Shown here in pieces: positions 1-12,235 of a stretch of DNA of 64,000 bases (within the stretch, counting starts at the first letter, position 1; every line of letters starts with the position of its first letter). Both the position numbers and the translations under genes were made by a program. The notes under the pieces were generated by a model that did no database searches, had not been told where the DNA came from, and was given only the letters and a program-made list of their open reading frames with translations. This DNA comes from Heterodontus francisci (lineage: Eukaryota): contig NC_090408.1 of the NCBI RefSeq assembly GCF_036365525.1, positions 30,310,269 through 30,374,268 of the forward strand, written 5' to 3'.

Positions 1-799
1 TGGTGTCTATGCTGCTGATTCTAGTTTGATCACAGGTAGCTGTTGATTTTCCAGTACTCCCTTTGACACCGTCTTGTAGATATCCCACTTCGGTTCACCT
101 GAAATTTGGGCCTAAATTGGGCGTATTGAAGCAGAAAGGTATCCAGAGGTTAATTACACCAGCCCTGTGCACTGTGCTAATTTCATGCATTTCTAGTAAT
201 GGGGAAAACAGGGACAGGTATTTCAAGTATTCTTAGGACATCCTTTCCCAATTTTCCGATGTTCGTGCAGGCAAGATGGGGTTTCCAGGGAATCAAAAAT
301 AAGTTAAATTTCATTTAAAGGGAATACTAATATCTTTCTAAATACTTTCAGGCCCTTTCTACAGTTTATCTTTGATTTTTCTTTTTTCTCTCTTGCTACT
401 TAGGTTTTGACAATGCTTTGTGTTAATTGCTTTGCATCTTTCCTCCCCTACAGTGGTATTACTGCCAGCAATGGGAATTCCTTTTCACAGCTTACAGAAG
501 GTAGAAGTAAAAGGCCAGCAGAGGCATGCAAACAGGTCAGGCTGCACCAGAGGTGTTCTGTCCCCAACCACTGGTACCCTCATACTGGCATGTACACACA
601 GAGAAACACATGTCTTGTATTGCTAGAGAGTGGGTGCTCGTGGAGTGTCCAATTTCCAAAGTAGGCTGTGACAACAGACGCGATGACACAAATGCAATAT
701 ATGAATGCCAAATAATGGTGCTGTTGGATGCTTCTTTGAAAGCATTGCATTCACGGTTTTCGTGCTTTCGATGATAACTTCCTGAAAGAAGGCATTCCA

Positions 800-1491
800 G
801 GGTGATCAACTACCAGCCTGATTGAGTGAACTTGTTAAGGTGCCACTAACTACATCTCTGTGCATTGGTGCAGATCCCCACACTTTTAATTCCACAGTGT
901 GCGTCATTTGTCATTGATAGGTTTCCTATCCAGGAGTCAGTCTGATTGACAGGCTTGGCTTCCAGTTGGGTGGGAAGGAATCCAGAGCAGGCTGCAGGAG
1001 CAGGTATGATTGGTCCATAACCCTGAGAGGAGGGGATCGATCACTGGCCCCCGGCGGTCCAATCCTGGGGGTCTTTGTATGGGGGGGGGGTCTGATACAG
1101 AGAAGCTTGGAGAGCGGGAGGAACAATTCCTGTTCCTCCTGGCCCACAAGCAGTGCTGTAAAGGCACTTACCTTCTCCCTGAAGTTGTCCTCACCTCCCT
1201 TCAGTTGCTGGGTTCCCCAAAGCCTGGGAAACCCGGCTGCCCACTGTAAAACCTGAAAAGCATGTTAGATCAAGGGGTGTCAATCTCATTAAAATATTTA
1301 AATTGCCAACGCACCTCCTGGCAGCATGTTGGCTGCCCGCCCCTTGTCCCGTCTCCATTAAAATACGGATATGGGTCGGTTGGAGGTGGATTCGGGTTGG
1401 GGGGGGGGCGGGGGTTGGGATTCAGGTATTTAACATTTTAACATCTGTCCTGACCACAACCCACCCATTTTTGGCTGTTAAAATTCAGTCC
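800..1491 (-). mobile_element. Non-autonomous PIF/Harbinger-type MITE, family 1
   Basis: Ends in TAAAATTCAGTCC (reverse of the GGGCTGAATTTTA-type TIR). Reverse complement aligns with 5378-6636 (shared AGAAGGTAAGTGCCTTT and CTGGAAGCCAAGCC.GTCAATCAG blocks). Left end approximate. Confidence 0.65.
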
Positions 1492-2907
1492 AAAGCAACT
1501 GAGTGAATCAATCATCAAAAATCTGCAGAAACAGTCAGCAAAATCTACTGAGAATTTGTGTCAAATTTATGGACTTTGCACCAATATTTTTTTAACAAGA
1601 ACTCCATAAACCCTCATTTTTTATTTCATGAAATGTACCAGGAGGTGATAATGCACAATTAAGAATCTTCATTAAGCATCAACTTTTTCATAAGACAACA
1701 AATTTGCTAGACATTTTCTATTGATTTGATCTTGGCTTGACTAAATAACAGTTTGACTTTTTGATTGGTGCACATATTGGCAGTTGTAGGATGCAAGGTA
1801 GAGGTTCAGCATCAATGGAAGGATAGAGTATCAATAGCAGCAGCTAAATTGGCAGACGGCTTGGAATTTTGCATTCACTTTTCATTTTGTGGACAGCCTT
1901 GATGTCCAACTAGAGTGATGGGACAGCAACTGTATTGACTTTATTGGTGTGGATTGAACTAAGACCCTTCCCAGCATGCCTACAGCTATTTGAACAGTTT
2001 ATCCTGCCTTCACACGCTAAGTCTGATTCTTTGATTTTCTTTTTAGTTTAGAGCTTGGAATTAGTCTGATTCTGCAAATCAATTCAATTCAATCAATTTC
2101 TGTGGAAACTACAGAAAATCTCTGCATTCATTGCTATGCTGCCTCGGACAAGGGATTCATTTTCAGCTAGTGCATAAAGTAAGCTATTTTGATAGAAATG
2201 ACTGTTGATAAAAAGTGTGGCAGAATGAGGCTTTATAAGCTGAATTTACATCACTTTTTTGAATAACATGAATCTCGGTATGCCTCTGCTTCTCCAAGGA
2301 AAGTACTGGCTATGCAGTACAGGCAGGAGCCAACACACCATCTTTTTATCCATTCAATGTCAAGAGGGCCATTTGGTATTTCCACCTTTAATGCAGAAGA
2401 TTGCCTTGTCCATATTATGAACGATGGCTGTGTCAGGGGTATACACATATACCTAATTTCCTAAGAAGCCTATAGAACTGCTGCAATAAATGGTTGAACA
2501 ATACGAAAGAAGTTTAAATTAAGAGACATCATTTCAAATTTGTCCAAGTCATTGCTTGCCCCAGTCATGCAAAGAAAGATTTAACTGTATTTAAAAGGCG
2601 TAAAAGTGGGAATAGAAACAATCTCACATAATGTGGTTGTCTGGTGATAAGAATTCCAATTTTACAACCTTTGAATTAAGACTAATTGTAGTTTTCATTT
2701 TACTTGGCATAGGTTAGCTAGTGTTCTAGTTCAAATAGAATTTGAATTTAAAAGGCTGAATAAAGTCTTTCTTCCTTAATTTGATGTTTTATTTTCCTTC
2801 TGTGCTACCAGTTGGATTGAAACCTATTTTTTCAATTTGCAAAGTTTTCAAATTTAACTTTTTTTTCTTTCCTTGTCATTCTGTAGATTCCATTCTTCAT
2901 CAACTTG

Positions 2908-3288
2908 GGAGATTTGACTGAAGTTTTCATGATATTAAATGGAACAGATAGGGTAGATACAGAGAAACTATTTCTGCTGGTTGTGGAGTCCAGCGCTAAG
3001 GGGCTAAAAATTGCAGCCAGGCTTTTCATGAATGAAATTAGGAGACACTTCTAAACACAAAGGGTGGCAGAAGTTTGGAACTCTCTTCTGCAAACAGCAA
3101 ATGATGGCAGATCAATTGTTAATTTTAAATTGGAGATTGATAGATTTTTATTAACCAAAGGTATTAAGAGATATACGGCAAGGTATATGAAGTTAGGTTG
3201 CAGATCAGCCATGAGCTCATTGAATGGCGGAACAAGCATAAGGAGCTAAATGGCCTACTCCTGTTCCTATGTTTGTATGTTCATATGA
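2908..3288 (+). mobile_element. CR1 LINE 3' fragment
   Basis: Degenerate ORF2 C-terminus (VWNSL...FKLEIDRFL), then the CR1 3'UTR CAGATCAGCCATGA...AATGGCCTACTCCTGTTCCTATG and a short-repeat tail. Confidence 0.9.
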
Positions 3289-3289
3289 A

Positions 3290-4173
3290 TCTATTACAAC
3301 TCTAACTGTGCCCAGTTCTGATGAATGGTCTTCGACCTGAAACATTGGGCTGAATTTTCATGACCCTGTGGTGGCACGCATGGAGATGGGGGACTGGGAG
3401 AATAGGGGGTAGCTGCATTGGGACAGCTCCCATTGCCGGGGAACTTTCCTAGGAGTGGCCTGGGAAGCATATGACTACCCACTGCAGTGAGACAGCCAGT
3501 TGATTTAAATACTTAAGTCTCCAATTAGGGGCAATTTGCCTCCAGCAGAGCAGCCCCACCACCCCCACCCCAGCCACGTACAGAGACTACCAGCTCCATG
3601 GAGGCGGCCTCCCTGCAGCAGGCGGAGAGCTCATCTGAGCCAAAGGCTCCATGCCCCAAAGAGGGGGCTGCCACCAGGAAAGGCTGCACCTACAGCCCAA
3701 ACGCTGGTGCCGGAGGGGTTTCCTCTCTGCTCTGAGGGGCCTTACCAGCTTGGCCCCTTTGAAATCTTCGTAATAATTTTTGTCTTCGAGGGCACCTCCA
3801 TGTTGTATTGTCCACCCTGCTTCAGCAGTGCCCACCTCTCCCAGTGGAGCTGCCGAGCCTCAATAGCTGTCTGCACTCTGATTGGGCCATCAAGTTCGGG
3901 AGCCTGCCCGCCATCCTTAATAGGACGGCGGGGGCACAAGGGTCCAATTAAGAGGCCATCTCTGCGAAGATTGCTGCGCGAGCCTGGCTCCTGACAAATG
4001 TGGGCTCGGGATTCCCATTTGGTCCCGAATCCTTGGCCCCGCAGCCCGAAGAACAATCCTGCCCATTAACTCTGTTTCTGTCTCCACCGATGCTGCCAGA
4101 CCTGCTGAGTATCTTGAGCATTTTCCATTTTTATTTCAGATTTCCAGCATCCGCAGTAATTTGTTTTTGTATT
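3290..4173 (+). mobile_element. Penelope-like element terminal fragment, split by the MITE at 3347-4064
   Basis: CAGTTCTGATGAATGGTCTTCGACCTGAAACATT resumes at 4065 as ATTAACTCTGTTTC...GATGCTGCCAGACCTGCTGAG. Same terminus as the GIY-YIG-bearing copy at 20992-22066. Confidence 0.8.
3347..4064. mobile_element. Non-autonomous PIF/Harbinger-type MITE
   Basis: Imperfect TIRs GGGCTGAATTTTC / GAACAATCCTGCCC. Exact 3-bp TSD ATT (3344-3346, 4065-4067). GC-rich body; the overlapping ORFs are spurious. Confidence 0.85.
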
Positions 4174-4370
4174 AGTGCTTAATACTCTGCCAATTCTCTT
4201 CCAGGAATGCCCACCTTGAAGAGGTTTTGCTCTTCCCCCTGACAGGATTTCTGTTTGTCTCTTCTACCATATTCATCTTCATTGCTTTCTATTTCCCTTC
4301 TGTTTGATCAAGTATCTGTTTAAACTCTCTTTCTTTCCTTTTCCTACACTCCCTCACTTTCCACTTGTTT

Positions 4371-4772
4371 AAAACAACAACTTATATTTGTATAGCAACT
4401 TTAACATTATAAAATGTGCTGATGTGGTTCACAGGAGCAGTATGAAACAAAATATGACACTGAGCCACATAAGAAGATATTAGATCAGATGACCAAAAGC
4501 TTAAAGAGGTAGGTTTTAAGGCGCATCTTAAAGGAGGAAAGCAAGATGGAGAGGCGGAGATATTTAGGGAGGGTATTCCAGAGCTTGGGGCCTAGGCAAC
4601 TGAAGGCGCAGCCACTGATGGTGGAGTAATTAAAATCAGGGATGCTCAAGAGTCCAGAATTAGAGGAGTGCGGATATCTCGGAGGGTTGTGGAGATTACA
4701 GAGATGGGGAGAGGCAAAGTTATGGAGAGATTTGAAAACAAGTATGAGAATTTTAAAATCAAAGTGTTATTG
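4371..4772 (-). mobile_element. L2 LINE 3' fragment
   Basis: Starts with the reversed L2 tail (AACAACAACTTATATTTGTATAGC). Reverse complement resembles the L2 3' end at 58150-58557. Interrupts a Penelope terminus. Confidence 0.8.
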
Positions 4773-4945
4773 CATCTAACCTGTTACATCTCTAACTTTT
4801 CCCAGTACTGATGAAAGGACATCAACCTGAAACGTTAATTCTGTTTCTCTCTGCACAGATGCTGCCTGACCTGCTGAATACTTCCAGTATTTTCTGTTTT
4901 TATTTCAGATTTCCAGCATTCGCAGTATTTTGCTTTTGTATTTGC
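4773..4945 (+). mobile_element. Penelope-like terminal fragment (upstream part near 4330-4375)
   Basis: CTGATGAAAGGACATCAACCTGAAACGTTAATTCTG...CAGATGCTGCCTGACCTGCTGA...TTCAGATTTCCAGCA. Confidence 0.8.
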
Positions 4946-5009
4946 TTTTCCGGTTGAAAGCAGAAACGAGAAATTAGATTTATGAAGAGAGACTTGAGAT
5001 AGTGAAGCT

Positions 5010-5377
5010 ATTTCCACAGGAGCAGGGAAGCTAACATGAGAGTTAATAGAGGTTCTTAACATCATCACAAGTTTAGACAGAGTGAATTGGGAAAGACTGT
5101 TTTTTCCGGTTAAGGCATTAGTGCTGAAGAATTATTAATTTTAAATATTTTAAATAGTCACTAAAGGGAGCAAGTCCAGAAGTTAGGAGAAATTTTTTTG
5201 GCAGAGAATTGTTGGAGCAATCAATGTTTAGACAGAGGGTGGAGTTGAAGCAAAAACCATTACACCTTCTAAGGAAAAAATGATAAATATTTGAAGGAAA
5301 TTGCAAGACAATGGGGAGAAAGGAGGCCATTGAAGTTTTTTTGGATTTCTCCAGCAAAGAAACAGTACAGACACAAT
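5010..5377 (+). mobile_element. Old degenerate CR1 3' fragment (tail resumes ~6637-6680)
   Basis: Remnants such as TTAATAGAGGTTCTTAACATCAT..TTTAGACAGAGT and GAAGTTAGGAGAAATTTTTTT. Confidence 0.55.
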
Positions 5378-6636
5378 GGGGGGATTTTAACACCCAAAAA
5401 CAGGTGAGTTTAGGTCAGGAGGGAGGTCAAAGGGTTAAAAATTTAAATCCTGACACCAACCAGCCAACTTCCAGTCTTAACAAAGGCAGCACCTGGCGAG
5501 GCATGAGTGCTGGTGATCAGCAAGTTCCAAGGGGGGTGGGGGGGGGGGGGGGGGGGGGGTACCTTAAATATTATAATGAAGCTGTGAGCCTCATTGTTAT
5601 TGAACATTTTGAATTTAATTGTGGGAGGCCGTGTTTCCTGAGCCTCGGGCGGTAAACCCAGGAGAGGACTGTCGAATCCAGAAGGTAAGTGCCTTTCCAC
5701 TTGCCTGCTGGATCCAGCATGCCTGCCTGATCAAACCCCCACAATTGGACACAACTGCAGACCCTGTCCCCCAACCCTTCTGATCTCACCCCGACAACCT
5801 GCAAGCTTTCAAACTACCCCCCTCCCTCCCACCCAGCCGAGGCCCCTGATCACTCCCCCAGGCCTCCAACCTTCCACAAGGCCTCCTATTCCCCTCGACC
5901 TCCTCACCACATGACTGAGGCCTCTGACCCCGCCCCTCCAACCCCAGACTCTGGCATCTGCATCCTTGTCTCCCTGTGGGACCCTGGGATTGGCACCCCA
6001 ACCCCTCCATAACTGGGCCCCACCCCTGGCATTGACCTCCCTCCCCAAGGAATGACCATCAGCACCCCCTCACCAACACCCACCCCCCCCCCCCAACAAC
6101 TGGGATTGACCCACCCCTCTACCCCATAGTTCCCTCTTAGGGGTGTAGGCCAATCTTGTCCACACCCGACTGGAAGCCAAGCCAGTCAATCAGGCTAGCT
6201 TCTGTAATGTAGTGCAATGGTGAGTTCACCTTTAAGAAACCTCACCTTTAAGAGATCAGGCCATGATGCAACTGATGATGTCATCTGACATATACAAGGA
6301 GGAGACATCAGTTTAAGAGGCACACTCAGTACATGGCTTTACAGAGAATGGATATATGCCATTGAGGAAAGACCAGTACCTGAAATCATGCAATGTAGAT
6401 AAGTAAGACAATAAATAGTGTTTGTGTTGAATCCGAATGTAAAGTCTGTAGTTATCTTCAATGAAGACTCAAGAACACCGCACAACAGTACAGCTTCCAG
6501 TGGGGAACCTGTTAATGATGTCACATGGAAGTTATGGAGATAAAACCCTGGAGATGTCAAGTAACCCAATTTCTTTCCGATGTTCTTAGGTTCCCACCCA
6601 TTTCCCACTCCCAACTGTTAAGTTAAAAAGCAGCTC
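5378..6636 (+). mobile_element. Harbinger-type MITE family 1, interrupted by a solo LTR
   Basis: GGGGGGATTTTAA start and TAAAAAGCAGCTC end. Flanks AAT/AAG (near-TSD). Homologous, in inverted orientation, to 800-1491. C-rich expanded interior. Confidence 0.7.
6203..6492 (+). mobile_element. Solo LTR (290 bp)
   Basis: TGTA...TACA inverted termini, exact 5-bp TSD GCTTC (6198-6202, 6493-6497), AATAAA at 6410-6415. Confidence 0.85.
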
Positions 6637-8060
6637 AAGGGGTCAAACAGGTTTCTTTTGTTCTGCAACTTCTTTGGTTTTATGGGTTTGCTTGTTATAT
6701 ACTTTCAAAATTTATATTCAGGTAGCTAATGCTAATTTTGCTTTTCATAGCTTGGTCCCGTGCTATGAATATGCAACAGGATTTAGAATTATTGCTATTT
6801 TATTTGCAATTTGGTTTCACCTATCATGATTTAGATTTTATTTGTGAAATTATGTTCTGAACCAATTTCTGCTGAAAGATCATTGCATACAGCTGTATGA
6901 GAGCACTCAAGGCTGGAGCTTACTGTTGTCAATATTCGTGGATGAAAGATTAATGCATTTATATGACGTCTTTCTCTTTACCAATTCAGTTTCACATTTC
7001 TGTTAAAATAGACTGAGGAACAACGTATTACATTAATTTCTGGCCATGCTGTTATGATTTTCTACAGATTGAGATCCATTGTGGAGGAAGCAGTTTATTT
7101 AATTGCTCAGGGTTGGGTGGACACAGGAATTCTTTTTTGGTACAGTGGGTTTATAGCCCTCTGTTCTCAGCCCGAGAAAGCAGAATTCAATATCCTGCAG
7201 TTCACCATAACACAAGGTGGCTGAACAAGAAATGCTCATTATTTTATCTTTCTGTGCACTCGAGAACGAAATAACAAAAATATGTTACGAATGGAGTCCA
7301 GCATATTGCTGTAAATTAGAAATATAACTAAATCATTCTGTTCTGCAAGTCTTTTGGTGGAATAATAGATGTCTGTTAGAAGAAAAATGAAAACCTGTTC
7401 TGAGGAAAATTCCATTTTGTCATTTTAAAAAGTCCTCAGACAAGATACTTATCTAATGATGTTCAACAATTACATATAAAAGCATTGGCTTAATCATATT
7501 GAATAGTAATACCCATTAGCACTTTTGGAGTATTCAAGCTATTTTGTCCTAATGTCAAGTTTTCTGTCATGGTGGAATGATTTGTAAATGCATGAGAAAC
7601 AGTGCTTTGAACTGAACCCAAAATTTGAGTCTGCAGAAGCTAAACAGAATAAAGGGGTTAACAACCTTCCTATCTCACAATTCATTTCTTGCTCAGAGAA
7701 CTAGCCAAAGATCATGTATTTGAATACAGTGTAATATCATTTACTAGACTTGGGTGTGCATGCAGTTGTATATAATATGAATTAACTGTGCAGCAGACAA
7801 GGTGAAATATTGATGTCATTGTTGGATTAGGAGTGAGCTGCAGATCAGCTGGGTAGTGTCGATCCTTGCATTCCCCAAAAAGGCCATGCTTATTTCCTAG
7901 AATTTAGAAAACAGCAGAATGAAAAAGATTCATTGACCCTGAACAGGCCATTTTTAATCTCCTGTAAGATGCAGCAATAACTTCAGAATAAAAAGGCCTC
8001 AAAAGACAGAAAGGAAGTTCAAGTCAGTTGACCCTCAGCAGACATGTATGTCCTATTATC

Positions 8061-8270
8061 TTGAGTCAGAACATTTTAAAACTGAGATTGATAGTTTTTT
8101 TTTATTTAAGCAAGGTTATTTATTAATGGGTTCGGAACCAAGGTGGGTAAATGGAGTTGAGATACAGATCAGCCATGATCTAATTGAGTGGCAGAACAGG
8201 CATGAGGGTCTAAATGACCTTTTCCTATTCCTACATTTCTTTGTATGTTCCTATGTTGCTATGTTCTTTG
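8061..8270 (+). mobile_element. CR1 LINE 3' tail
   Basis: FKTEID-like remnant, CAGATCAGCCATGATCTAATTGA and a (TATGTTCC)n-like tail. Confidence 0.85.
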
Positions 8271-9873
8271 TTTTCTATAGTAAAAACTTCCCAACCATAA
8301 TATTTTTAATTTCATTGCTTAAACCTGTTATGGTGCAGTAGTAAGCATGAGCTCTGAGCTCTACCATACCCAAATCACTACAACAGCAGAAAGGCAATGT
8401 TTTAAAATATTAGATATCATTTTGGCTGACTCGAGATAATGACATCCCTGATTTACTAGAGATAGCCAATATGCAAAACCAGTTCCCATTCGTTCATAAT
8501 GCACTGAACCTTTGATCCAAAATAACATTTAAATACAAAACCCCAGCCCAGAAAATGATCTTCAATTATTCAGTTCTGAATCCTCAGCCTATTAAATGTA
8601 TTCCATTCACTGTAAAATTCCGCCAAGAGGCAGCAGAGTATTTTACAATTCTAATCACTCCAAGGTGATGAGGTGGTGCTGAGTATTGGAGCACTAATGC
8701 TTTCAGTTTGACAGATTACATGTTCACTTCTGCACTCTTCTCAGCTGCTGATCTGCAAAGGCTGTGGTGTCTTCTGGAAGAGGGCTAAGATAGGCAAGTC
8801 CAGCCTGGGCAACTGGATAGGGTGTTCATACCTCCCGGTGTTTGCTCAGTGGTATCCACCAGCCTTCACCAACAGCAGAGAGGTGAGTCAAGATGTTAAA
8901 GTAGGTATAATTTTATCCAGAAATTTAAATTGCAAACATACAAGTAAAAGAGCTCTAATCATTTCTGTGCAGAATTTATACCCCATTAAGTGTTTCCCAT
9001 TGATCAAAATGCACAGCAGATGATTAATCAGGCTATGGTCCAAAGATTTCAAAACTGGCTACTTCTTATCTCCACATCATGGTCTATGCATAAAGCATCA
9101 TAGTAAGTTGCTGAATGTATACCAAGAACCAACTGTGTAATCATTTTGAACAAATATTATCATAATTTTGCTGATTAATTGCTTTATTTGCTACCACAAA
9201 CGAGTTTCCACTTAAAGAATTATTCACTTAAAAGTCAAAGTGCTTCTGACCTGCAGCCTGAAACTATCATTTTCTAATCCACGCAGTACACTCACCAAGC
9301 AACATTTGACCTCTGTCCTGAAGCTATATTACCTTAAAGAATAATTACACATGTCCTTAAAGGGACACCGCTTCACCTTACATTGTGCATGAAATGGTAT
9401 TACCATTCTTTTGATATTAACCAACATATTATCTGGTATCACAGAAGATCTGCTCGTATATCTATAATATATTCAACTAATAGAGTTCCTGCCTACAATG
9501 ACCTGGGGTCGTACTCTGTCATGATGCTTTGGCATCATGGTTTTTCTCCTCTTACTATGATGTAATGCTGTCCTAGTTTGAAGACTGAAATGGACTGTTA
9601 TGGAGATCCAAGGTAGTTCAATCCCGAAAAACAGTTGCCAACCAGGATTCGCTGTTTGTTTACCTTCTGTGTATTGCTGGTAGCTTATCTGGAGCTCAAG
9701 GCAAAAACAGACATTTTCAAAAGGTTGAAGAGTTGGGGTTTACCTATGAAAGTGATCTAAAATACAACAGCCAAAGTAATCTAGTGTAACAAGGATTAAA
9801 AATATCCAGAAATGTAGCAGTCCAGAATAAGGGTTGTAACATAATAAAGAAATACAATTATATATTTTGCATT

Positions 9874-10610
9874 AGCCTGGATTTTGCTGTGAGCAGTGAA
9901 GGAATGACCTGCATTGTTCACCTCATGTACAGTTACCTAGGGACTTTTTGCAATCTTGTCAGTGGAGATTTCTAGTTTTTGGGAATCTGACCTACTGTTG
10001 CACCCTCTACAGGGGATCTGTGGCACCTGTGAGCAGGACAAACATCTGGGAGACTCTTTAACCAATCAAATTGAAGAATTCTTCCTGAGCCTGCAGACTG
10101 CACAGCAGGACATAAAAAAATATATAAATTACAACTAAATCATTGTACGGTAAACAAAATAAAGATTGGGACATTGACATGTGAATAAGGGAGACATAAG
10201 ACAAAAGCAGAAAAACTAGAAATATATATTTTTTGTAAATCTGCAAGATTTATTTTCTGCTGAGGGAATGAGACTCCACACTTGTGAAATTAATTTTTCA
10301 GGGCCAGAGAGGCTATTCATCAGGTAATTTTCACTTATACACCATTAAAAATTGATTGCACAACTAACTTTGTCATCTGTCTTTTGTGCAAGACTAGTTG
10401 GTAATTACCCTAAGTTCATGCCAGTACAGTAATCTGTGTACAGATTCCATGGTGAAGACTGCAACAGTGCATCCTGTGGAGGAACAGGGTATCACTGATA
10501 GCAATTTCCAGATTCCCAAGTGCAGGTGCCATAAGTTGCGGTCAGTTTTACCCTGTACTAACAGTAGGGGGTGACAGACTTGCCATTATTAGTACAGGAA
10601 AATTTGAGTC
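9874..10610. mobile_element. Old Harbinger-type MITE
   Basis: Degenerate TIRs AGCCTGGATTTTGC / GGAAAATTTGAGTC, with ATT on both flanks (9871-9873, 10611-10613). Confidence 0.5.
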
Positions 10611-12222
10611 ATTTTGAACAAACTTACTTTATAAAGAGAGTTGCTGAGCATTGACTTTATGGGAACAGGCCAGTGAAACACAGTTCAACCATTACAACAG
10701 ACAGTTTTCAACAAAAGTTAATTTAGGCCTATTAGGAAAGGGAAGTAAATACCTAAACATTGCCCTTGCCATCATATTAAAATATGTTGCATATTGTTAT
10801 GGTCATGAGCTTATAATGGAGTATTGACTCCGACCATAAACTATGGCAGAGAAGATCTGCTAGCAATATACACAATTGAAAAGGAAAATATATGAAACTG
10901 AAAACAGTTGTTGCCATTACCGCTATTCCATCGTCTTAAAGGAAAGGACCAGGCTCAAAACGTCAGTTAATGTACGGAACGTTGTTCCAGTACCGAACGT
11001 CTAGCACGACTTTATTTTACTCATTTCATCTATTCTGTAATAACTGCTATCAGAAAAGCCAAAATATAGCAAACACTGCAGTATGTGGAAACTATTTGGA
11101 AACACGAGTTTCCCTTTAAGGATGAGCTTCCAGCTTCATACATTGATCCATCTTACAGGCAATATATTTTGGTGTTCATCCAAGTGCAGAATGTCAGTGA
11201 TGGGGACAGGAATACATTTCCACTCCCCTGTGACAGAATTAAATGCTCTGAGATCTGGTATAGTATAAGCCAGATGCAGCAAAGCTCCCAGTGTGAATTC
11301 TATCTGTCATTTCATTTGTCTCAGCACAAATAACAGTCACAATTATTCCGAACCATTGTTTTCCCTTACCTATGCATTAGATTGAAAGTATAATCTTCAC
11401 AAATCATTACTCAGCACCAAAGTCCTGGATTTGTATTTAGAGATTAAGATGTAACAATATTTTGATTACCAAAAGTCCAAACAATGCACTAGGCCTGTGT
11501 AATAATGGATATTGCTAACCCACATGAAACAGGTATGTCATCACATTGGGAAATTTTGCAGGGCTATGTACCTAGAGTGTGCCTAGCTCAATAGGAACAC
11601 TGATTGGAGACTATGGCAAAGAGATCAGTGGGCCCAGAGCAAGGTTGTTGTAGAAATTGGAAAATCGGGAACACACTGATTGGGATGCCTGACCTTGGCA
11701 CCCAATTATCCAGATGGTCTACCCATCAAGAAAGACTCCTGTCCGATGTGAGGGCTGAACAAATTTATCCCATTGTGTAAGCAGTCCAACATTGTGTAAG
11801 GAGTTGATATAACACATTTCTGTTATAGCATTGTTGGCATCGATCAGGTTTATGATATGTGCACTATTGGCCATACAGGCCTTAAGCCTACTGTTCATCA
11901 AAAGCTGTGGCAAATTTTGGTGGCTGTCTGTGCCTCTTATTTTACAGATGTTTTGCAAGGTGTTTTTGACCAACAGTATTACTTTTCCCCATTTGCAGTT
12001 GGGCTGTATCTATCATGTGTGGGTGTTTGGCCAATGCTACTTAATGCAGTAGTACCATCATTTCAAACACAGGCATGCAGCTACAAATACGCATTATATT
12101 TGTTTGTGCAGGCAGAGGACAGGAAGGGTCTGAAGAGACTTGCGAGAGATGCACTTATACTTTAGGCAATCATGTTAAACCCTTTCCCACCAATCTGTGT
12201 GTACAAATTACGATGCACTTAC

Positions 12223-12235
12223 CTTGACATTCCAT
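12223..12235 (-). CDS. FGF12: Candidate coding micro first exon (M-E-C-Q plus phase-1 G), resembling the FGF12 (FHF1) B-isoform first exon
   Basis: Minus strand reads GATCT ATG GAA TGT CAA G|GTAAGTG with a consensus donor and an in-frame stop 6 nt upstream, inside a TE-poor island. Human FGF12B begins MESK-EPQLKG with a 13-nt phase-1 coding first exon. Gene identity rests on 4 codons only. Confidence 0.45.

Noticed and set aside
537-782. Possible minus-strand exon after TTCTTTCAG (ORF 537-809)
   Set aside because: No recognisable protein in any frame, weak pyrimidine tract and no convincing donor.
10930-11010. CpG-rich patch with a small hairpin and a GAAACGTC-like remnant
   Set aside because: No CUGANGA box, so it cannot be supported as a ribozyme or TE.
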